A DNA stretch of 64,000 nucleotides. It comes from Squalus acanthias (taxonomy: Eukaryota). Below, piece after piece: positions 24,293 through 34,635 of the stretch (positions are counted from its first letter, which is position 1; each line of letters starts with the position of its first letter). Under the pieces are notes generated by a model. The model saw only the letters and a list, made by a program, of their open reading frames with translations. It made no database searches and was not told where the DNA came from. A program made the translations under genes and the position numbers. Location: positions 7,626,001 through 7,690,000 of the forward strand of contig CM059432.1 of NCBI GenBank assembly GCA_030390025.1. The letters are read 5' to 3'.

Positions 24293-24404
24293 CAATACTG
24301 TAAAAAAAGAGTTTGTCTCGGGAGATTTGTGAAAACGAGTTTTGTACTGTAGTGGAAAGGCGGAGTATCGATTTGTTGGCTTCTTCAGAATGTTCAGCAT
24401 CGGG
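24293..24404 (-). CDS. Candidate host-gene exon (112 nt, phase 0-1): PDAEHSEEANKSILRLSTTVQNSFSQISRDKLFFYSI(G)
   Basis: Non-repetitive DNA; acceptor aatttattag|, donor G|gtcagt; phase-compatible with both neighbouring candidates. Confidence 0.4.
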
Positions 24405-25299
24405 CTAATAAATTGTAAGCACAGACTGCCACCACAATCTACGTCCCCTGTCTCTTCAGCAGGCTAATGTACAGGGACCCTGAATTCCTGGGTTCTGGGA
24501 GGGTATATTGATGGTGGGTTTTGCATGGTGTAGGGCAGGACCAAGATGCGCCAGGCTTCTGCCCCGTGTCAACTGTGTCCCAAATTGCGCTGGACATGAT
24601 CAGGAAGAAGAAGCGCCCATCCAGTAAGAATTACCAGCATGTTAAATGAGGGTCCTGGGATGGGATGAAAGCAACCATTCCCAACCTGACCTGCACCCTT
24701 CTAAAAAGTGCCTGTAAATGGCAAGCGTGCCTGCCAGCACCAGGTTATAGCGGAGTTCATGGATTCTTATAGACTCTTTTAGAGTCATAGGGGTAAAAAT
24801 TCAGTTGGTTGCGCCTCCCGTTAGCGCCTTAAGAGGGCGCTAATGGGGCGCAAAGCCGCTAACGCCCGGGCGCAGCGATGTTTGCGCCGCTCGAGAACTT
24901 AACTAGAGATTGTGCGGCGGCGCTAAAACTTACCGCTGCGACCACCTGCGCGCGCAGATTATGACGTCATTCCATGGTGCAACGCCCTTGTGGCGCCCCG
25001 GAGCGGAAATTGAGTGGCGCCCCCTGCCTTACCGCCTGGCGCTTCCAACGACCGGAAGACTGGAACGCTATCAATCGCTGTGGGGCTGGGGGGGGGCGCT
25101 ATTTAAAGGGGGCCTCTTCCTGTCTTTTTCTGTGGTCGACATTTATGCACCACTCGTTCTGAGAGAGAGAGAGAGATTCGGAGAGAGAGAGAGAGACTTC
25201 TACATTGACTCAACGCTTTGTGAGGTAGTTTTGCCTATTGATCCTAACTTTGCTGCTACTTTAGTTGCTGTCCCTCATTACTTTGCTTGCAAAGAGAAT

Positions 25300-26460
25300 A
25301 TGGGGGCTGCACTGATTGGGGGCGTCGTCCTGCTCCAGCTGAATCGGAGGATACAGAGACGCAGAGAGAGAGTGGCAATGATGGCCAGACGGAGGAGGGC
25401 CATCAGGCGCATGTACAGGAGAGCTTACCCTCCCAGGGTATATCGTGAACAGCTCTCCTACATCCATATGTCCGAGGAGCTGTGTTTGCGAAGGCTGCGA
25501 TTCAGCAAGGAGGTGGTCACTGAGCTCTGCCACCTGCTGCAGCCAGATCTGCAGCCTCAACTGAGGTCCAGGACGTCTCTGTCGGTGGCAGTGAAGGTCA
25601 CAGTGGCTTTGAACTTCTACGCCACTGGCTCATTCCAAGCTGCTGTTGGGGACCTCGTCAATATCTCTCAGTTCGCGGTGCATTGCTGCATCCGGCAGGT
25701 CACAAATGCCCTCTTCAGAAGGAGACGAGAGTTCATCTCTTTCCCTATGACCCCAGACAAGCAGCGTGACCGCGCTCTGGGCTTTGCGAGGGTAGCGGGC
25801 TTCCCCATGGTGCAGGGCGCCATTGACTGCATGCATGTGGCTTTGCGTGCTCCGCGTGAGAATGCAGAGGAATTCCGGAACAGAAAGGGGTTCCATTCCT
25901 TGAATGTCCAGTTGGTCTGTGACCACAGACAGCTGATACTCGCTGTCAATGCCCACTATCCTGGCAGCTGCCACGATGCTTTTATCCTGCGCCAGACTAC
26001 TGTGGCAGAAGTTTTCGAGGCACCGCGTCAGCCAGTTGGTTGGCTTCTCGGGGACAAGGGGTATGCATTGAGCACCTGGCTGATGACACCGCTCCGTACG
26101 CCCAACACCCCTGCTGAGCTGCGGTACAATGAAAGCCATCAAGCAACCAGGAACATTATTGAGCGCACAATCGGCGTGCTGAAACAACGGTTCCGCTGTC
26201 TGGACCATTCTGGAGGAGCCCTGCAGTACTCGCCTGAGCAAGTATCGAACTTCGTAGTCGTGTGCTGCATGTTGCATAACATGGCAATCCTCAGGACCCA
26301 GCCAATGCCACCAGGCCTTGGAGCACCACCAGAGGAGGAGGAGGAAGAGGAGGAAGAGGACGAGGACGATGATCATCAGCAGCACCAAGGCGGGAGGGCG
26401 GCCCACAATGGTCAAACTGCAAGGGCCGTCCGTCAACGGCTAATAGCAAGCCGCTTCTAG
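25300..26460 (+). CDS. Harbinger (HARBI1-like) DDE transposase, 386 aa from the first in-frame ATG after the (GA)n leader
   Basis: HTH region RLRFSKEVVTELC, YATGSFQ; catalytic GAID, NRKGFHSLNVQ, PGSCHDAFI, LLGDKGY, RNIIERTIGVLKQRFRCL; acidic C-terminal tail; no stops. Confidence 0.93.
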   Translation: MGAALIGGVVLLQLNRRIQRRRERVAMMARRRRAIRRMYRRAYPPRVYREQLSYIHMSEELCLRRLRFSKEVVTELCHLLQPDLQPQLRSRTSLSVAVKVTVALNFYATGSFQAAVGDLVNISQFAVHCCIRQVTNALFRRRREFISFPMTPDKQRDRALGFARVAGFPMVQGAIDCMHVALRAPRENAEEFRNRKGFHSLNVQLVCDHRQLILAVNAHYPGSCHDAFILRQTTVAEVFEAPRQPVGWLLGDKGYALSTWLMTPLRTPNTPAELRYNESHQATRNIIERTIGVLKQRFRCLDHSGGALQYSPEQVSNFVVVCCMLHNMAILRTQPMPPGLGAPPEEEEEEEEEDEDDDHQQHQGGRAAHNGQTARAVRQRLIASRF

Positions 26461-26754
26461 GGCCCCTGCCATTGCTACCAACATTAATCAACCCAGCACG
26501 CAACCCCTAAGCCGGCCAAGGCACCAATAATTCCAACCATCAGCCATGTATATTTTGAATACAGAAACTTATTTATTTTACAAACTCTGTGTGTGTCAAT
26601 TCCTCATGACAAACTCATAGAAATAAACACAAAAAAACAGTCAATAACATAACTGGTTCTCACAACCTGGAGATAATGTCCAAAACACTAAACAAAAGTT
26701 GGACCATGAACCTCGGCCTTTAATAAAAAAATGACCAGCATTTTGTCACACCTC

Positions 26755-28630
26755 CTACTTTTTGCCCTTCGAGGGTGATCTCCTTCCCTTGCGCACTTCC
26801 CCCCTTCTAACCCTACTGCTCCTCCGTAATGGGACCTCAGTGGCTGCAGCAAGGCTGGTGGAAGGCTGCTGCTCGTCAGACCCTGACACTGCAGATGCCC
26901 CTGAAGGATGGCCTCGACCACTTCTGGGCCTGGAGGGCCCGGCTGCAGACTGCACCAACTCTGCATGGGCGGCAGCAGTCTGTCCTACAGGCGGTGGCAA
27001 GTGCAGTGGAGAAGTGACAGTGTTGGCAGCAGGAATGCTGTCATCGTGAGAGAGGACAGCAACTCCCTGCTCGCCCGACACACTGGCACTCCCACGGGGC
27101 AGCACTTCAGCATCCGGAGCAATCTGCCGGAGAACAGATTGCTGGCCTGCTGCAGCGCGGTGACAGCCCCGGGGACATGTGCACGAACCATCGAGGTTGG
27201 CAGCAGTCTGTGCTCGCGTGGCCTCAATCTGAGTCTGCATGAGAGCAGTCAGAGATGGGATCACGGCAGCCAGTGACTGAATTGCAGCACTAAGCATTAG
27301 TGTGGCATCCGCCTGTGCTACAGCGAAGTGCTCCACACTCCTTGCCAGTGACTCAATGCATTCGGGCACCCTTCCCACTGCACCCATGAGCTCAGTGTGC
27401 ATGCCCACCGCCTGGGTGTTCATTTCTGCGATCAGCCGCTCCTCCTCTGCGTCCATTGCAGTAGGAGTGTCTGGCATAATCTCCCTCTGGGAAAAGGCCC
27501 CCGTTCTTCCCTACCCCCCCCATGGCGTTGCTGCAGCCCGCTGGGTCCTGGAGCTTCACCCTCATCAGCCCCTTCCCCTCTGCTCCCCTCCGGGGAAGGC
27601 GTGTTCCCAGTGTGGGCATGGGCTTCCTCGGGAGAGGGTGGCACTGATGCTCTGGCTTCCTCTTCCTCCTCAGCTGCAGCATCACTCCCAGTGGCAGCTT
27701 CAGGGCCCGTCTCCTCAGCTGGTGAATCACCATCTGAAAGCAGGGAGGTACAAGAGTGGCTTTAGCGTGAGGACAGGGTGGCAGTAAGGGAGGAATAAGT
27801 GCAGCGAGTTAGCAAGTTGGATTGAAAGTGTCAAAGGCTGGTGTTGTGAGGGACAAGTGGAAGGACAGAGGACAAAAAGGTGATGACCTTACCATTGCTG
27901 TCCAGAACGGGGTCGGCGTCTCCAGTGGCGACGGGACCGATCACCCGGCTTGCCACAATCCTGTGGACGCGCTCCTCCAGATCGCTGAGGGGTTGCAGCT
28001 GAGGCCGCCCTCCACCTGTCCGTTGCTGCTGTCTCCTATTATGAGCCAGCTTGGTCTGTAAGAAAAAGGACAGCATCTGAGTAAATATACAGCCATGGTC
28101 TTGCCTGATGTGCCTCCCATAGGTGAATAGCCCTTACAATATACAGCCATGGTCTTGCCTGATGTGCCTCCCATATGTGAATAGCCCTTACAATATGCAG
28201 CCATGGTCTTGCCTGATGTGCCTCCCATAGGTGAATAGCCCTTACTGTATGCAAAGTGTGGAATGTGTGTGTGTGTTTGATGAAAGGGCCATAGGTGTTG
28301 GATGAGTGTTGTGCATTGGGGTTTTAAGACCCTCTGGCCATAGAGTGAGGTTGAGATGGAGGGATGGAGAGGTATTGAGAAAAAGCCACTCACCCTGACG
28401 ACCCAAGTGAGGTCGTTGAACTTTTTGCGGTATTGAGTATGGGTCCTGGGCACCATGCTCCTGGAGGAGACGCTCTGAGCCACCTCCCTCCACACTCTTC
28501 TGAACTCGCGTGGCAAAGGCCTCCTGCCACTCTCAGGGAAGAGCATACATCGTCTGCGCTCCACTGCGCCAACCAGAGCATCCAAGGCCCGCTCGGTGAA
28601 GTGATGAGCGCGTTCTCTCACCCTCTCCAT
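26755..28630 (-). CDS. Harbinger accessory Myb/SANT-like (trihelix) DNA-binding protein, spliced: exon 1 28630-28394, exon 2 28055-27893, exon 3 from 27733; apparent frame break near 27430-27510
   Basis: Exon 1 FTERALDALV..V..RR..LF...W.EVA..V.......RT..Q.RKKFNDL; donors gtgagt and gtaagg; acceptors ttcttacag and tgctttcag; phases 0 and 1 join correctly; downstream coiled-coil and basic tail in ORF 26755-27477. Confidence 0.82.
28084..28245. repeat. 3 x 54-bp tandem repeat in intron 1 of the Harbinger Myb/SANT gene
   Basis: Units start at 28084, 28138 and 28192 and are nearly identical. Confidence 0.95.
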
Positions 28631-28970
28631 GCTTGGCAGCAAAATGGATTCACAGGTCTCTCCAGGCTGAGATTCAAGGCTGCAATGAGCAGGGTGTGGC
28701 TGGGGAGCAAGTGGCCCCCCCCCGCTTTAAGAAGTGGCCGGCGCCAGTGTGTCTGTGTTCCCTCGCTAACTGGCAGCAGCTGCGCTGCACTCGCGCGCTG
28801 AGTTAGCGCCTCACTCCTTGGCCTTTGCGCCTTAAGACAGGTGTGCAGCGCCTGATTTAGCGCTCCACTCACCTCCCGGGGCGGTAAAAGTGAAGTTTCC
28901 AGTCAGTGCCGATAATTAGCGTCCAGACGATATTTGCGCCCCAAATGGGGCGCGACCTAATTTCTACCCC

Positions 28971-30525
28971 ATAGAGTCATAACGGCACAGAAGCAGGCCA
29001 TTCGGCCCATCGAGTCTGTGCCGGCTCTCTGTAGAGCAATCCAGTCAGTCCCATTCCTCCCGCTCTATCCCCGTAGCCCTGCAAGTTTATTTCCCTCAAG
29101 TGCCTATCCAGTCTCCCCTTGAAAACATTGAGTGTCTCTGCTTCCACCACTTCCGTCGGCAGCGAGTTCCAGGTCCTCACCACTCGCTGTGTAAAAAAGT
29201 TTTTCCTCACATCCCCCCTGTATCTCTTGCCCAAAACCTTAAATCTGTGTCCCCTAGTCCTTGTACCATCAACTAGTAGGAACAGCCTTTCCCCGTCTAG
29301 TCTATCCAAACCCATCGTAATCTTGTACACCTCTATCAAATCACCCCTCAACCTCCTTTGCTCTGATGAAAACTTGTGGTAGGAAAGAGTTTTAAGGAAG
29401 AGCGAAAGAACTTGCATTTCTGTAGCACCTTTCACGACCTCAGGATGTCCCAAAGCGCTTCACAGCCAATGAAGTACTTTTGAAGTGTAGTCACTGTTGT
29501 GATGTAGGAAACGCATCGACCAATTTGCGCACAGCAAGCTCCCACAGACAGCAAATGAGATAAATCACCAAATCATTTGTTTTTAGTGGTGTTGGTTGAG
29601 GGGCAAATGCTGGCCAGGGCGCTGGGGAGAACGTCCCCCCGCTCTTCCTTCGAAATATGCAACTCATTGCTGCGGATGTTAAGGACGTTGGAAAGAAAGA
29701 AAGAAGTTGCATCTCAATAGCGCCTTTCCAGACCTCAGGAGATCCCAAAACGCTTCACAGCCAATGAAGTTCTTTTGAAGTGTAGCCACTGTTGTAATGT
29801 AGGGAAACGGAAAATGGCATTACCATGTATCTGGGCAATTTTCAGTCGCTGAGTTTGCAGGTTGCCGTTTACTAAACACAAACTCAAGCAAAGCCACGTC
29901 ATTCCCAGTAACCCGGCAGCGCTGGCTTCCAATGAGAACACCGCACTCCGGCAACCAAGCACGATTCAGTGAATGAACTAAGTGTCCTGTTAAGCTCTGA
30001 TTTCAAATCAATTTGTGCAGATGTTCCAGTGTGGTTGAGTTACTATGAATGGGCCTGTAGTCATGGACTTCAATCCTTTCATAGAATCATGCAGCACAGG
30101 AGGAGACCATTCGGCCCATCGTGCCTTGTGCCGGCTCTGTCCAATTAGTCCCACTCCCCCCCCTGCTCTTTCCCCACAGTCCTGCAAATTTTTCCTTTTC
30201 AAGTCTATATCCAATTCCCCTTTTGAAAGTTACTATTAAATCTGCTTCCACCGCCCTTTCAGGCAGCGCGTTCCAGATCACAATAACTCACTGCGTAAAA
30301 AAAATTTCTCCTCATCTCCCCCTCTGGTTCTTTTGCCAATTACCTTAAATCTGTGTCCTCTGGTCACCGACCCTCCTGCCAGTGGAAACAGTTTCTCCTT
30401 ATTTATTCTATCAACACCCTTCATGATTTTGAACGCCTCTATCAAATCTCCCCTTAACCTTCTCTGCTCTAAGGAGAACAATCCCAGCTTCTCCAGCCTC
30501 TCCACACAACTGAAATCCCTCATCC
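28971..30525 (-). mobile_element. CR1 3' fragments (~28971-29365, ~30080-30525) flanking Deu-SINE 3' fragments (~29400-29790)
   Basis: [11 protein letters not shown]...FFTQRVV; the SINE tail is homologous to 42740-42900. Confidence 0.8.
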
Positions 30526-30717
30526 CTTTTATTCCCACTTTGGATTTAGCACAAAGTCATAAAACATTAATCATTTATTTTGTATTAATATGAGGCCCTG
30601 TGTTCAGATGGTTTAAGATTTTCAAGGGATTTTCTGGTGTTCATAGGGGGTTAGCAACATTCAATTACTGCTGAAATGAAAACGCACCATTTCCCCAACC
30701 AATGCTACATAGCTCAC

Positions 30718-30788
30718 CACTGGCATTAAGTTGTTACTTAACGGAAAAGTTATAATTATCCCATTATTCAAATCTAACACTTTAACAA
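30718..30788 (-). CDS. Candidate host-gene exon (at least 71 nt, phase 1-0): VKVLDLNNGIIITFPLSNNLMPV
   Basis: Strong donor GTG|gtgagc; acceptor cacttctag (an in-phase alternative lies 12 nt upstream); inside ORF 30661-30864. Confidence 0.38.
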
Positions 30789-31147
30789 CTAGAAGTGATC
30801 CTTTCAACCGATACAAATGATCCATTTTTTTGGTGGCGTAGGATGGACAGTGGTGCCTCAGCACTGCACTGGAGTGTCAGCCCAGATTTTTGTATCCAAG
30901 ACTCTGGAGTGGGACTGTGAACCCACGACCTTCTAACTCAGAGGTGAGAGTGCTACCCACTGAGCCACGGCTGACACCGTGTGAAGCACTGCTTCCTGAC
31001 ATCACCCCTGAACGGCCGGGCTCTAATTTTAAGGTTACGCCCCCTTGTTCTGGACTCCCCCCACCAGAGGAAATAGTTTCACCCTATCCACCCTATCGAA
31101 TCCTTGAATCACCTTAAACACCTCAGTTAGATCACCCCTTGATCTTA

Positions 31148-31870
31148 TCTCACCTTCGCACACTTACCACTGCTGCAAGCCTCACACCCACATCGCACAG
31201 TTTGCAAACATTGCCAGCTATTCAACCATGGCAGCCACATCAGCCAACACAGTGACACACTTCCCTCTCTCTTGCAGGACAAGGTGGCGCACATCCGTAG
31301 GCAGCGGCAGCTAACCGAAGTGGGACAGGGTGCGCCTGCGTATCCTGACCCCGCTCGAGGAGACGGTGCTCACTATAATTGGAGTGGGTGTGACTGAGGC
31401 CGTGGCCAGCGGCGGCGCGGAAACCATTGAACATGGCGGTCTGCCCAAACCTCATCCTCCTTCTCACATCCCACTTCCCCCTCATCCCACAATCTCTTCT
31501 GACTTACAAGCTACAGATGGTGTAAGCATGCACCTCTTCCCCGCCTCCCTCCCTCAGCACAACCCTACCCTTGTGCCTTTCTCATTTCAGGGAGCCAAGA
31601 AATCCAACCTGGCCAGGCAGTGATGCAAGAGAAAGAGGACGAGGAGTACGCTGATGAAGAAGTAACACCGTCGCTCGATCTGACAGTCCTGCCATCCCAG
31701 GATCTGTAGCGGCCAAACAACGGGCACTATAGAACCGAATTTTTAGCACCAGCTCTGCTACACAAATCCTGGAAGATACAGTGAGCTTGAGGAGTTAGTA
31801 CTGGGTGAGTAACAGTACACAGGTGAGGGAAGTGAAGATATTGGTGGCAGAGGTTGAACAGAGACATGCT
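31148..31870 (+). mobile_element. Remnant of a Harbinger Myb/SANT-type gene (intron, exon 2, intron, exon 3 homologue)
   Basis: ttgcag|DKVAH.RRQRQLT..G...LRILTPLEETVLTIIG resembles exon 2 of the 24.8-29 kb element; a later acceptor ctcatttcag is followed by an acidic stretch. Confidence 0.6.
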
Positions 31871-31879
31871 GGTGAGCTT

Positions 31880-32670
31880 CCTGAGATGAGAGGCTTGTCC
31901 TATGAGGAGAGATTGAGTAGATTGGGCCGATACTCTCTGGAGTTTAGAAGAATGAGAGGTGATCTCATTGAAACATATATAATCTGCCCATTTGAAGAGG
32001 TTCTGCTCTTCTCTCCGACGGGATTTCCATTTGTCTCTTTTACCTTGTTCATCTTCATTGCTTTCTGTTTCCCTTCTCGTGTTTGATCAGGTATCTCTTT
32101 CCTCCCCTCCCCCCTTTCCCTGCCCCTGCATTTGCTTAAAAATCTCTAACTTTTTCCAGTTCTGACGAAGGGTCATTGACCTGAAACGTTAACTCTGTTT
32201 CTCTCTTCACAGATGCTGCCTGACCTGCTGAGTATTTCCAGCATTTTCTGTTTTTAGTTCAGATTTCCAGCATCCACAGTATTTTGCTTTTGTATATATA
32301 ATTCTTGGCTTGACAGGGTAGATGCTGAGAGGTTGTTTCCCCTGGCTGAGAGTCTAGAACTAGGGGGCATAGTCTCAGGATAAGGGGTCGGCCATTTAGG
32401 ACTGAGATGAGGAGAAATTTCTTCACTCAGAGGGTTGTGAATCTTTGGAATTCTCTACCCAGAGGGCTGTGGATGCTCAGTCGTTGAGTATATTCAAGAC
32501 TGAGATCGATAGATTCTTGGGCACTAAGGGAATCAAGGGATATGGGTATCGGGCGGGAAGTGGAGTTGATGTAGAATTTCAGCCATGATCTTATTGAATG
32601 GTGGTGCAGGCTCGAAGGGCCATATGTCCTACTCCTGCTCCTATTTCTTATAATCTTATGTTCTTATGAG
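31880..32670 (+). mobile_element. CR1 3' fragment interrupted by a Penelope-like end (31984-32293)
   Basis: GLSYEERL..YSLEFRRMRGDLIETY; 9-bp duplication ATATATAAT at 31975-31983 and 32294-32302. Confidence 0.8.
32156..32197 (+). ncRNA. Minimal type I hammerhead ribozyme motif in a Penelope-like end
   Basis: CTGACGA - hairpin AGGGTC(ATT)GACCT - GAAAC GTTA, with short AGT/ACT flanking pairing. Confidence 0.7.
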
Positions 32671-34226
32671 GTTACCACACGGCTGATAGCAATGATCTTC
32701 TTTTACTTTCTCAGATGTGGTAGGGCTATGAAACTGGGCCTGTGTGTTAGCTGCTGTTGCTATTGAGTAGCAAAGGAGATGACAGTGCTTGCCTTGTTGA
32801 CCAATGTATCAGTCACCTGTTTGATAACCTCGTCCAGCCCTACAACCCTTCGAGATCTCTGCTCTCCTCCAATTCTGGCCTCTTGCATATCCCTGATTTT
32901 AATCGCTCCACCATTGGCGGCCGTGCCTTAGCTGCCTAGGCCCTAAGCTCTGGAACTCCCTCCCTAAACCTCTCCGCCTCTCTACTTCTCTCTCTCCTCC
33001 TTTAAGATGCTCCTTAATACCTACCTCTTCGACCAAGCTTTCGGTCACCTTCCCTAATATCTCCTTCTGTGGCTCGGTGTCAAATTTTGTTTGATAATCT
33101 CTCCTGTGAACGCCTTGGGACATTTTACTATGTTAAAGGCGCTATATAAATACAAGTTGTTGTTTTGTTGTTGAAGGGGTATATTTTACTTTTCTTGTGA
33201 AACGCCTTGGGACATTTTACTATGTTAAAGGCGCTATATAAATACAAGTTGTTGTTTTGTTGTTGAAGGGGTATATTTTACTTTTCTTGTGAATAAATGC
33301 TTAGTTTTGCTTTCTTTCATTGGTTTTATTAGACCCAGATCAAAATGACAGAACCAGCTGATTTTGCTGCCCATGATTTTGTTCAATGCAAACTAGTTAG
33401 AGGAAACTAAAAGGCCAATCTTGATCTGGACTAATGCTCCTTTTATACTTCTCATGTGGCTAAATAGCCACTTGACTGTGTCGAAGTTTGACTTCCGATT
33501 AAAGACTCTTGTAAACAATATCGTCAAAGAAGGCTTTTTATTATATTTTACTTGCAAGGAGACTGCAACCATAGCCCAATTAGCTATGATGACAGACTGC
33601 CGAATCACAGAAAATGGAGTATTCTTATACAGTATAATATCACATGACATGTTGTTTAAGGTAAGCTAAGTTAAAAATTAAGAAAAACACATAAGAAATG
33701 CCTTACAATGAGACTAGCTAATCTCTATAAAATGGAGTCTATCTATTTTACTTCTCTCACCAAGGCCAAGGTGCCTGGTTTGTTTACTTTACTAGCCCTT
33801 GGTTATCTCAATATTAAGCCTGTTTTCTTTTGTGCAGGCAGTCTTTTGCTGACAGCATAGTCTAAGACTTTAAAGTTATTTTCAGAAAAGAACATAACAA
33901 TGGATTTTTTCCCTTTTCCACACAAGTCAGAGTCGGCCATTTTATTAGTTTAAATTCAAGGAAACTATTTTGTCCGAGACAAAAACTGCACTTCCACAGT
34001 TTTGCTTTCTTTCATTGGTTTTATTAGACCCAGATCAAAATGACAGAACCAGCTGATTTTGCTGCCCTTGATTTTGTTCAATGCAAACTAGTTAGAAGAA
34101 ACTAAAAGGCCAATCTTGATCTGGACTAATGCTCCTTTTATACTTCTCATGTGGCTAAATAGCCACTTGACTGTCATACCTGGAAGAATCGTCCAGCACA
34201 GAAGGATGCATTCTGCCTCATGCGAA

Positions 34227-34635
34227 GAGTTTCGAAGAATGAGAGGGGATCTCATTGAAACTTATAAAATTCTAACAGGACTAGACAGACTAGATGCAGA
34301 AAGGATGTTCCTGATGGCGGGGGAGTCCAGAACCAGAGGTCACAGTCTAAGGATAAGGGGTAAGCCATTTAGGACTGAGATGAGGAGGAATTTCTTCACC
34401 CAGAGAGTGGTGAACCTGTGGAATTCTCTACCACAGGAGGCAGTTGAGGCCAATTCATCAAATATATTCAAGAAGGAGATAGATATATTTCTTAAGGCTA
34501 AAGGGAACAAGGGATATGGGGAGAAAGCAGGGACAGGGTAATGAGTTTGGATGATCAACCATGATCTCATTAAATGGCAGAGCAGGCTCGAGGGGCCGAA
34601 TGGCCTACTCCTGCTCCTAAACTTCTATGCTATGC
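34227..34635 (+). mobile_element. 5'-truncated CR1, same subfamily as 62135-64000
   Basis: EFRRMRGDLIETYKILTGLDRLD...GYGEKAGTG. Confidence 0.9.

Larger units (their letters stand above)
24790..28970. mobile_element. Full-length PIF/Harbinger DNA transposon (4181 bp)
   Basis: TIRs GGGGTAAAAATT / AATTTCTACCCC; 3-bp TSD ATA (24787-24789, 28971-28973) within a (TAGAGTCA)n CR1 tail; convergent transposase and Myb/SANT genes. Confidence 0.95.

Noticed and set aside
24910..25299. 130-aa N-terminal extension of the transposase in the ORF track
   Set aside because: It has a non-ATG start and runs through subterminal motifs and a (GA)n tract. The ATG at 25300 gives a typical transposase.
25630..26436. 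268-aa antisense ORF, and similar shadow ORFs at 2126-2773 and 27302-27787
   Set aside because: Antisense shadows of GC-rich coding frames with no recognisable motifs.
25300..26460. Domesticated host HARBI1 gene
   Set aside because: It is flanked by TIRs and a TSD and paired with a Myb/SANT ORF, so it is a transposon copy. No gene symbol assigned.
28084..28245. CRISPR-like or coding repeat (YCKGYSPMGGTSGKTMA)
   Set aside because: Head-to-tail repeats without spacers in eukaryotic DNA, lying in a predicted intron.
33559..33660. Possible plus-strand 102-nt exon ETATIAQLAMMTDCRITENGVFLYSIISHDMLFK
   Set aside because: Good donor (AAG|gtaagc) but an AAG acceptor, no partner exon found and no recognisable homology. 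It is on the opposite strand to the other candidates. Unresolved rather than excluded.
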